The notes under the pieces: model-generated | The model's database searches: none | What the model was told of the DNA's origin: nothing | The model's input: the letters and a program-made list of their open reading frames with translations, nothing else | Translations under genes and position numbers: made by a program | Shown here: positions 1 to 10,586 of the stretch, one piece after another | How positions within the stretch are numbered: the first letter of the stretch is position 1 | Layout of the letters: every line of letters starts with the position of its first letter | Origin: Octopus sinensis | Taxonomy: Eukaryota | DNA length: 64,000 bases | Assembly (NCBI RefSeq): GCF_006345805.1 | Contig: NC_043003.1 | Coordinates: forward strand, 107,694,001 to 107,758,000 | Reading direction: 5' to 3'

Positions 1-563
1 TTAGTATGAAAGTTCTGCTTGTGGTCTTTTAAAATGAACCTGGGTTGTCTGGGGTTCAATGGTTCAGTCTTCATCTGTAATCCGTAAGTATCCATAATTC
101 CTTTAGCTTTTAGGTTAGCCTGCCCGAGAGTATTCCTACTGGTGGTCTTGTAATTTTTATGGATCTCCTTTTCGAGCAGTTCCAAATAGTGGCTTTTGGT
201 AAGCTTATAGATGTTTCCGGCTTTATCCGATTGAACCAGGATGCAATCTAAGTTATTTATATCTCTAGAGACGTTATTAAGGCATCTGAGGTGCTTATTC
301 CTGAGGAGTGATCTATGAAATTTAATATTCTTTACGATGGCCCAAAGATCATCTTCGAATTTCTTCAATCTAGGATTAGGTGGAGGAGTACCCTTCGATT
401 TAGATAGTTTTTTTATGTTCGTTAGAGATGTCGTTACTGGTCTGTTTTAGGTCCTCATTGTCGTGGAAGAAGGCGAGCCATCTGATGCGGATGATAAATG
501 CATTCGTCTTATTGATGAGTTCCTTAAGGAAAGCTTTTTGTTAACATCTTCGTTCAACTCCAT
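1..563 (-). mobile_element. Penelope-like element (PLE), N-terminal part of the RT ORF, running off the window edge
   Basis: Manual minus-strand translation gives ...ELINKTNAFIIRIRWLAFF...PPPNPRLKKFEDDLWAIVKNIKF...SDKAGNIYK...RFILKDHKQNF, which matches the RW.AFF, DK..N.Y and LKDHK.NF motifs of PLE ORFs. It is not in the supplied ORF track. Confidence 0.7.
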
Positions 564-728
564 TTATTTATTTATTCATATATAACACACAAATTTCTGC
601 ACATGAACCCGGAGTTTCTACCCTTGGACAGGTCGCTTCAACCGTGTTTCTGACGTGAATTTGCTACCCTGGTAACGGTTCATCGAATTTTCCATGTTGA
701 CGGTAAACATAGGATTATTCATTTACCT

Positions 729-729
<1 letters not shown>

Positions 730-808
<79 letters not shown>

Positions 809-836
809 TGTATGTATGTATGTATGTATGTATGTA
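730..836. repeat. (TA)n plus (TATG)n microsatellite
   Basis: Directly visible. Confidence 0.95.
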
Positions 837-1366
837 TTTTGGTTTGTTTCTGCCTCCACCACATAGCGATTCGGCATACAATAAGCCCCAGATTTAAAAA
901 AATAAGCACTGGGGTTTGATTTGTTCGACCATAACCCTTGTCAAATGACTGAAACAACCCAAAATAAATGAGCGAAACAAAAAACAAACAAACAAACAAA
1001 AAAAACCCAAAAGAAACAAAAACAAAAGGTTAATACAGTAACTGGAACATTGTAGAGCTATGTAGTGTTGCGTTCTACTTATATAAAGGAATGCATTACT
1101 GTGTTGAAAAACAGCGTTGTGCAGTATATTACTTTGATTAATTCATGCTTCAACAAGACGTTAGTTTAAGCCTCAATGCAATAACTTATCCAATATTCAA
1201 AGATTACCACAAAGACTGCTTGGTTTGTTCGGTTCGTGCGATTTTAGACTTTGCACCTGATACCACGTGGAGCTAGGAACGTGTTCTGCTAGAAAGTCGA
1301 GGTGATGTAATAAGTTGTGAGGCATTACGTAAATACAAATATATTAGAGAATAGATATGTCTATAA

Positions 1367-1399
<33 letters not shown>

Positions 1400-1962
1400 T
1401 GTATGTATGTATGTTGTATGTATGTATGTATTTTGGTTTGTTTCTGCCTCCACCACATAGCGATTCGGCATACAATAAGCCCCAGATTTAAAAAAATAAG
1501 CACTGGGGTTTGATTTGTTCGACCATAACCCTTGTCAAATGACTGAAACAACCCAAAATAAATGAGCGAAACAAAAAACAAACAAACAAACAAAAAAAAA
1601 ACCCAAAAGAAACAAAAACAAAAGGTTAATACAGTAACTGGAACATTGTAGAGCTATGTAGTGTTGCGTTCTACTTATATAAAGGAATGCATTACTGTGT
1701 TGAAAAACAGCGTTGTGCAGTATATTACTTTGATTAATTCATGCTTCAACAAGACGTTAGTTTAAGCCTCAATGCAATAACTTATCCAATATTCAAAGAT
1801 TACCACAAAGACTGCTTGGTTTGTTCGGTTCGTGCGATTTTAGACTTTGCACCTGATACCACGTGGAGCTAGGAACGTGTTCTGCTAGAAAGTCGAGGTG
1901 ATGTAATAAGTTGTGAGGCATTACGTAAATACAAATATATTAGAGAATAGATATGTCTATAA

Positions 1963-1970
<8 letters not shown>
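837..1970. repeat. Near-identical tandem duplication, period ~594 bp, bounded by (TATG)n
   Basis: GGTTTGTTTCTGCCTCCACC occurs at 841 and 1435, and the sequence repeats almost exactly through the GTCTATAAATATATG/(TATG)n end. Confidence 0.9.
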
Positions 1971-1995
<25 letters not shown>

Positions 1996-2162
1996 TGTAT
2001 GTATGATGTATGTATGTATGTATGTATGTATGTATGTATGTATGTATGTATGTGTGTGTGTATGTATACATACATATATATATATGCACACATACGTGTG
2101 TGTGGATATATATATATATATGTATATATACATGTATGTATATATATATGTATATATGTATG

Positions 2163-2195
<33 letters not shown>

Positions 2196-2542
2196 GTATA
2201 TATGAATATGTATATATGCATATATATATATGTATACACACACACATATATATGTATATATGTATGTATATATATATATATGTATGTATGAATATGTATA
2301 TATGCATATATATATGTATGTACATGTATACACACACAAACATACACATACACACATATATATACGTGTGTACGTATGTATATATGCATTAATTCATATT
2401 TAAGGATTTATATACACTCTTATATACATCTATTTAGGTATGCATGCATATATGTTTGTGTGTGTATATATTTATATCTGTATATATTTATATCTGTATC
2501 CATCCATCCATCCATCCATCCATCCATCCATCCATCCATCCA

Positions 2543-2583
<41 letters not shown>

Positions 2584-2715
2584 TCCATCCATCCATCCAT
2601 CCATCCATCCATCCATCCATCCATCCATCCATCCATCCTCATCCATCCATCCTCCATCCATCCATCTATCTATCTATCTATCCATCCATCCATCCATCCA
2701 TCCATCCATCCATCC

Positions 2716-2751
<36 letters not shown>

Positions 2752-2752
2752 C

Positions 2753-2810
<58 letters not shown>

Positions 2811-2994
2811 CATCCATCCTCCATCCATCCATCCATCCATCCATCCATCCATCCATCCATCTATCTATCTATCCATCCATCCATCCATCCATCCATCCAT
2901 CCATCCATCCATCCATCCATCCATCTATCTATCTATCTATCCATCTATCCATCTATCTATCTATCTATCCATCCATCCATCCATCCATCCATCC

Positions 2995-3070
<76 letters not shown>
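1960..3070. repeat. Compound microsatellite (TATG/TA/CA, then CATC/CAT/TATC); the TATC end is the 5' flank of Tx1 copy A
   Basis: Directly visible. Confidence 0.95.
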
Positions 3071-3778
3071 CGCGAGTGTCGCGTTGCTCTCAAGCAACTC
3101 TGCCGTCCTGGGTCGACCTTAAGTGACTTCAACACAACCAAAGCATTCTATAGGGGTTTAGTGGAGGGGAGGTACGACGACGAGCTCGGGGCGAACCTGG
3201 ACGTCGACGAGGAGTACCTGACCCGCCTGTTCGGGACGACTTTCGGGCCAGGGCCCATGGACAACTTCCAGAGATCCCTGGCCTGGCAGTGCTACCGAGA
3301 AGCGCTACCCGTTCGGGATAAGCTCTACAGACACGGCTCGAGAAACACGGGGCCGACCTGCCCGAGATGCGGTCAGAGCGACGAAACCGTTCTGCACGCA
3401 CTCGTTCAGTGTCCAACAATTTCCGACCTGTGGGCTTATGTCGAACAACTGCTGTCACGTGTGGGACGAGTCGGTTTATCAGCTGAGTCTATCGTCAATA
3501 TTGTCACGCCTCCTTCCTTCAAACGGGAAGGAAGAGCTATTTTCATCATCCTTGTGGCTATGGCGAAAGAATGTATCTGGTGGACGCGTCTGAAAGGATT
3601 GGAGACAAACACTTTCCTCTCTGGTCAATCTCTCATCAACTTCTTCAAGTACCACTTGAAAAGGAAAGTGAGAGTAGAGAGGCAAGTTTTGTCTAGCGAA
3701 TGTTTTAAAAAAAGATGGGTGAATGTAGCAAGAATGGCACGTATGAATGACGAAGCCACCTTGAGCATAGTCCTATGA
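3071..3778 (+). pseudogene. C-terminal remnant of LINE ORF2 (zinc-finger region)
   Basis: [22 protein letters not shown] motif in ORF 2444..3778; the N-terminal part of that ORF is microsatellite read-through. Confidence 0.9.
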
Positions 3779-4177
3779 ACCCAGAAATCGAAAACAGAGA
3801 GTTGCTTATTTGCAAAAAAAAAAAAAAAAAAAAAAAAAGAAATATAAAATGTGACTTCATTGACCGAGGTTACCGTGGTCTTTTCCGCAGGCTTTTCTTT
3901 CCACGGGTAAACCTCACCTGTCCTCCCCTTTACACTTCATATTGACATTTCTGTGATAACGATCCCTATTGATCATTTTTTTTTCCTCCCCCCCCCTTTT
4001 TTTTTTTTTTTTTTTTAACCCCCCTTATTTTTGTCCTCTTTCTCTCCTTTTACGATCCCTTTTGATCGAACCTCCCCCTTCCTTTTTTTTTTTTTTTTTT
4101 TAATACCTTCAAAAGAAAAGCTCTACCTTGTAATTTGTTCTATCTGTGTGCAGCCCTGTGTGGCTAATAAAGAAACA
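3071..4177 (+). mobile_element. Tx1/L1-clade LINE copy A, 5'-truncated (~1.1 kb)
   Basis: Begins abruptly after TATCT and is almost identical to 19321-20416 of copy C. It ends AGCCCTGTGTGGCT-AATAAAGAAACA followed by (TATC)n. Confidence 0.95.
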
Positions 4178-4500
4178 TATCTATCTATCTATCTATCTAT
4201 CCATCCATCCATCCATCCATCTATCTATCTATCTATCTATCCATCCATCCATCCATCCATCCATCCATCCATCCATCTATCTATCTATCTATCTATTTAT
4301 TGACGGATGTGATGTCGTTTCAGCTCCGAAGGTAATCATTTATTTTGACTATTTATAGGCCAATTTTTGTGTAGATTTTTGCAAATAAGGTGTGTAAGGC
4401 AACCAACTTTCATTTGAGTGCTTTTCCAAGGGAGGAATTCGCCCCTAGGGGCAGTTTCGACCCCATTTCATTTCTGTTATTTTCTTCTCGACATTAGAAA

Positions 4501-6372
4501 ATGTCTAGAAATTTTATTGTTGAACGCTGGTCGCGTTCTTTTTTGGAACAACATTTTCCTAGTCTGGAAACGACAGAGAAAAAAAAGAACGTTCGCACGG
4601 AAAATGCCAACGTGAAATTCGGTGAAAGGAACGCTGCAACCACGTGCGTTAACAGCCCTGTCACCACCGCCACCACCACCACTAACAACAGCAACCACGA
4701 GACAACAACTGCTACCACCACCACCTCCACCACCACCACCACCACTACCACGACCAACATAAATGATAAAAATAAAACTGAAACGAAAACTATTGACAAA
4801 AACAACAGCAACAACAAGAACAACAATAAAAATGAACTATCTAATAGTGAAGATGCCAATACAAAAAAGTCAACAACAGTAAATTTCGCAGATATTCTTC
4901 GCCAGAAAAAGGAGATTGTTACATTCATAAATGAAGAGCTCATAGAAACAAGAGCTCTCTTTACAACCCGTGGACAAGATTTAGTCCTGCATACACCTCA
5001 ACATATAAAACAAGAAATAGAAAATAAGACAATTGTATATAAAATTATTAGAAAAAACAAAAAACCAAATGAACAGATTACAAAAACTGATGTGGAGAAA
5101 TGTTTAAAAAATATAATGAAAGAAAAAGAGTATATAAACTGGGGTCCACAGTTTAACACAGTAGTGGTCCGCTTCCCTAACCAGGAAGTGGCAAAAGCTC
5201 ACTCTACTGAGTCTCTGGGAAATGATGAAATCATCATGGTCCCTTATTATAAAAACCAGAGGGTGAGTAGAATTACTATCAGAAATGTACCCCCCGATAT
5301 GCCGAACAAATGGATAACGGGGGCAATCTGTTACCACTTGAAAAAGATCAATATTCTAGAAACAGCCGTGTACCTAAACGACAATTGGGGTGGAAAAACA
5401 GTAGTTGTGACCATCCAGATTGAGGGGGCCTCTATCGAGAGCCTACCCGACAAGATATACTTGGAGAATGGGCATGCCTATATGTTATGGCAGAAGGCAA
5501 AAAGCCTAGATGCTACAAATGTGGCAGCCCCGAACATTTGATTGCCAAATGCGATCTGGTACAGAAAAAACAAGAAAGAACAATTCAGAAAACAAAAAAA
5601 TCCCTTTGTTGCCAACACCAACACCAACACACTCAATTATGGAACAACGCCAAGAAAACAACAAACCCACCCCAACAACATCACCAAGAAAAACAGTACC
5701 CACAATCACCGTTGACGTCACAACCAATTAAACTTGTTGAATCTTCAAAAAATCGACCCACACCACACCCAGGACGACAATTAAAAGACAGAAAACACTG
5801 ACGAGAAGACAAATGCTACCCCTAACACCACAGCAACACAAACAAAACACCCAAAACATCAACAATTTATACAAGCATACATAGTGATCCTGTTCTTTTT
5901 CCTCTACCCCATACTGATACCTCGGACGACGAAAGTTCGACGGAATGGCAAATAGCCACAGGGGGTAAAAGAAAAAGATCCAAAAAATCCACCAAACAAG
6001 GAATTAAAGCAGGAGATATCTCACTCAGGACAACATTCCCCTAGACAATCAAAAAGTAATGAACCCGTAAAACCACACACACAACTAACTGCAATAGACA
6101 CAGACAATAAAGAATTAATGGACTACATCAAATCTAACATGGTCGTCTGTGAAGATGATTTTAAGACAAAGAATCATCCGCACACCACACCACCGAAACA
6201 CATCAGAATTTTACACATAACACAAGCACAACACCACATACTGAAAACATTATTTCCGAATGCGGTAGGCGGGTATCAACGATACCTGTCGAAAAAACTA
6301 TACAAACACCTCATCAAAAACGATACAAAAGAAGAAGAAGAAAAAAATGAAACTTTTAAAATGAGTAAGTGA
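4501..6372 (+). pseudogene. ORF1 of copy B (Thr/Asn-rich N-terminus, probable RRM-like core, CCHC knuckle, conserved C-terminal domain), frameshifted
   Basis: ORF pieces 4501-5541, 5487-5801 (CYKCGSPEHLIAKC) and 6118-6372, homologous to the ORF1s of C, D and E. Confidence 0.85.
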
Positions 6373-6438
6373 CCTCACTTCTTGCCTCTTGTCTCTTCTA
6401 ATATAGTGTGTAAAACACAATTTTCGTAAATGTCAAGT

Positions 6439-9400
6439 ATGCTTAATTAGGTTGTGTGAATGCGCGTGGCTTGGCGTCGGCTTGGAAGCAAGGTTACCTT
6501 CTAAACGACATCAAGTCACTGGACGTGGATATAGTAGCTATCAGCGAAACCAGACTCAGTAAGCCGCGGCCCTCGAGTCCATGTTTGGCAATCAATTTGA
6601 CATTTATTTTTCTCCCTGTCTGCCGAACATGGGTGGTGGAGGTACTGCGGTGCTTTTTCGAAAGAGTCTAAAGGTAAAAGTAAGAGCAATATTCCTAGAC
6701 CCGGAGGGTAGGCTGGTTGTCTTGGACGTGGATGGCAGAAATGGGTGTGCATTCCGTCTGATGGCAGTTTATGCACCGTCCTTAACGGGTCGGGCGGATT
6801 TCTTCAACGTCTAGAGGTTTTCCTGGGTACGTCTAGACCTTTACTGTTAGTAGGGGATTGGAACGCTACCTTGGACACGCATCTAGATTATGTGGGAAGG
6901 GATAGGAATAGAAGGGGGTGTAAGAGCCTCAAAGACCTACTCAGACGACGTTTCCATTTGTCTGACAGGTTCCGACTCGACCATCCGAACGTGCCAACGT
7001 GGACTTGGACAAACCGCGTCGGATCGTCGAGATCTTATCTAGATAGAATTCTATGCAGGACAGCGGATAGGGATAGTGTAGGATGTCCACAATTTAAAAT
7101 AGTCAGCTACACAGATCACAATTTGTTACGTGTACGCTCGACTTAGATAAAACACATAGGCAGGGTCCCGGTTACTGGAAACTGAACACCGTCGCTGTTA
7201 GCGCGACAGGTTTACAGGAACCGGATTAGCGAGTTAATTCAGAGGGCGCTGACGGGAGCGGTCGTTAACAACCGCTGGTGGTACGCCCTGAAAATGGCAA
7301 TAAAATCGGAATCAATTAGGTTTAGCAAGGAATTAGCGATAGAACGAAATAGAGTAGAGGGAGACTTAGTTAAGAAACTAGAAGAGGCACTTACCACTGG
7401 CAGCGCAACCAACGTGCTAGCTGCGAGATGGCCCTCGACCAACACCTCAACGCCAAGCACGAAGGTTGCGTCGTCAGAGCTAAAATGCGTGCCTTAAGGA
7501 ACGAAGGGATTGAAGCTGCGCGAGAGGCCCGGTAGCGGAGGCGCAGCGTGGCAACAGATCAACCATTCGGTCTCTAATAGATCAACAGGGATGCAGTTTA
7601 CTCGAACCCGAAAGGATGTGTGAGGCCTTTCAACAGCACTTTGCTCGACTGTTTGGTGCGAGTGGTGGGTCGGAACGAGGGATGGATTTCAGTGCCTACC
7701 TGACCGACCTGCCGCGGCTCTCGGCAAGAGAGGCGGTGTTGTGAAAGTCCCATCACAGCCGCTGACGTGTGGGATGCGATGGCGGGCTGCGCGAGGGATA
7801 AGTCGCCTGGATTGGATGGTTTACCCTACGAGCTGTATTGTCGAATGCCAGACTTGTTTGGCGAACTCTGGCATCAGTCTACTGCAACTGGCAACAAACG
7901 GGAGAATCCCCGGTTTCGTGAGCCGAGGTGCAGTGACGTTGCTGAAGAAAGACTCAAACAAGGGGAATTTTATAGATAATTTCAGGCCCATCACTCTGCT
8001 CAACGCAGATTTGAAAATTTTGGCCAAAGTAATAGCCGAGAGGTTGGCGCTTGTCATTGGTAAACTGGTCGACAGGGCGCAAACATGCGCCGTGCCGGGC
8101 AGAACCATACATGACAACCTCCATCTGATGCGCTACATTGTTGACAGGGTAGTTAAGGATCCTGGCATGGGTGGGGCGCTGATAAATTTGGATCAGTCTA
8201 AAGCCTTCGATAGGGCCGACCATCGGTACTTGGCGGCCGTCCTAAGGGCGGCTGGCTTCGGTCCCGTGTTCCGCGGTTGGATCGCTGCCTTGTATAGCGG
8301 CATCCGATCGGTGATTCGGGTGAACGGTCACCTGTCGAAACAGTTTGACATCACGCGTTCGGTCCGTCAGGGGTGTCCCCTGTCGGCGCTTCTGTATGTA
8401 TTGACTCTCGAGCCGCTACTGCGGAAGCTGGCGACACTGAGGGGCATCCCACGGGAACTAGGTTGCGGGACGAGCGTGTCGGCATATGCGGACGATGTCA
8501 CCGTCATAGTGTCGAGCTACCAGCACATCGAGCTGGTCGGCGAGACACTAAGAAAATATGAAACGGTGACGGGAGCAAAGATTAACCCGGAAAAGTCAGT
8601 GGGTTTGCTACTCGGCACCTGGAGAAGCAAGCCCATGCCGTCCGACTGCGGCTCAGTAGTGGGACGCTGGACGGACGGACCGGTTAAATTGCTCGGGGTC
8701 TGGTTCAGTCCGGACCTCCAAATGGATAAGAACTGGGACGAGATCACGAGTAGAGTGGTCGCTCTCAGCCAAAAATGGGCCGAGAGAAAGCTGTCTCTAA
8801 AAGGCCGGGCGGAGGTGGCGAACGCGTACATCGCATCCGTCATCGATTACCGCCTGACCGTCGTACCTTGTCCCGACGCCACCATCACCAAACTGGAACG
8901 CATACTCTTCCGCTTCCTGTGGAAGGGTGGCGTTCCGATGGTGAGGAAGTCCATTTGCTGTCAACATCCGTTGAATGGAGGACTGGGCATGCCGTGGTTG
9001 ATGATGCGCAGGCATGCGCTGAGACTGCGACATCTCTGGAAATTCATCGACGACGGTGAACAGGTGTGGGCGCCGTTTGTGAGACGCGACTTCCCGCAGC
9101 TCGTCTCACTGACCGAACTGCAAACGTGGATCAAAAAGAGACCGAAACTGGGCGATTGGCACCGAGAGTGTCGCCAAGCTCTACAGCAGCTCTGCCGACC
9201 GGGGTCAAACTTGTGCAACTTCCAAACGACTAAAGCGTTCTATAGAGGACTAGTGGAGGGGAGGTCCGACGACACACTCGGGGCAAACCTGGGCGTCGAC
9301 GAGGAATTCCTAACCCGCCTGTTCAGGACGACGTTCGGGCCGGGGCCTATGGATAACTTCCAGAAATCCCTGGCTTGGCAGTGCTATCGAGACGCACTAC

Positions 9401-9873
9401 CTGTTCGAGAGAAGAGCTACAGACACGGTTCGAAAACCATCACCGGACCGACCTGCCCGAGATGCGGTCAGAGCGACGAAACCGTTCTGCACGCACTCGT
9501 GCAGTGTCCAGATATTTCAGAGCTGTGGTCCTTCGTCGAACAGCTGTTGTCACGTGTAGGTCAGGCTCGCCTATCGGCCGAGTCTATCGTGAATATTGTT
9601 CCACCACCTTCCTTTAAACGGGAAGGGAAAACGGTTTTCGTTACGCTGATGGCTATGGCGAAAGAATGTGTGTGGTGGACGCGTTTGAAAGGACTGCAAA
9701 CAAACATCTTCCTCTCTGGTCAGTCTCTCGTCAACTTTTTCAAGTACCACTTGAAAAGGAGGATGAGAATAGAGAGGAAGGCTTTGTCGAACGAATGTTT
9801 TAATAAAAAGTGGGTAAAAGTGGCAAAAATGGTCAGTATGAAAGACGACACTATTTTAAGCATAAATCTGTAA
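6439..9873 (+). pseudogene. ORF2 of copy B (AP endonuclease, reverse transcriptase, C-terminal zinc finger), frameshifted
   Basis: APE motifs NARGL, SETR, YAP, GDWNA, SYLDRI, YTDH; RT motifs FRPITLLNAD, DQSKAFD, RQGCPLS, YADD; CPRC...H...C finger. Confidence 0.92.
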
Positions 9874-10178
9874 CCAAAAGAGACAACGAGAAGTAAGGCG
9901 ACTTACTCATGTGTTCTTTTTCGAACTGTCTGAGGTGACCTTGGTCTTTTTTGTAGGTTTTTCTTTCCAAGGCTACACCTAAACTGTGAACCTTATATAT
10001 ATATATATAGTGTTTTTTTATACACCACACAACCCACAGATCTCTATTGATCAAACGTTTTTTTTTTTTTTTTTTTTTTTTTGCCCCACCCATCCCACCT
10101 CGAAAAGAAAAAAAATTCTACATTGTATTTCATCCATTTTTATTCTGTGTTTAGCCCTGTGTGGCTACAATAAAAAGT

Positions 10179-10462
10179 TATCTATCTATCTATCTATCTA
10201 TATCTATCTATCCATCCATCCATCCATCCATCCATCCATCCATCCATCCTCCATCCATCTATCTATCTATCCATCCATCCATCCATCCATCATCCATCTA
10301 TCTATCTATTATCTATCTATCCATCCATCCATCATCCATCCATCCATCCATCCATCCATCCATCCATCTATCTATCTATCATCTATCTATCTATCTATCT
10401 ATCCATCCATCCATCCATCCATCCATCCATCCATCCTCCATCCATCCATCCATCCATCTATC

Positions 10463-10505
<43 letters not shown>

Positions 10506-10555
10506 CATCATCATCCATCCATCCATCCATCCATCATCCATCCATCCATCCATCC

Positions 10556-10586
<31 letters not shown>

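Larger units (their letters stand above)
4298..10178 (+). mobile_element. Tx1/L1-clade LINE copy B, full length, flanked by (TATC/CATC)n on both sides
   Basis: 5'UTR, ORF1, spacer, ORF2 (APE-RT-ZnF) and 3'UTR ending AGCCCTGTGTGGCTACAATAAAAAGT followed by (TATC)n. The 5' boundary is approximate. Confidence 0.93.

Noticed and set aside
560-720. Hammerhead ribozyme upstream of the PLE ORF
   Set aside because: No CTGANGA…GAAA core with supporting stems was found on the element's sense strand.
694-3126. Long ORFs of [16 protein letters not shown] repeats (also near 10000-11900, 27000, 39050 and 55200-56350)
   Set aside because: These are stop-free translations of TA, CA, CATC, TATC and AAT microsatellites and are not proteins.
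2444-3778. 444-aa ORF fusing a repeat peptide to the LINE zinc-finger region
   Set aside because: It is a chance in-frame read-through from the microsatellite into the truncated copy A.
4170-4300. Target-site duplications for the Tx1 copies
   Set aside because: They cannot be defined inside microsatellite flanks, so none is claimed.
7821-9218. Recurrent antisense ORFs inside ORF2 (also in C, D and E)
   Set aside because: They are short (60-150 aa), their boundaries vary between copies, and they are expected opposite GC-richer coding sequence.
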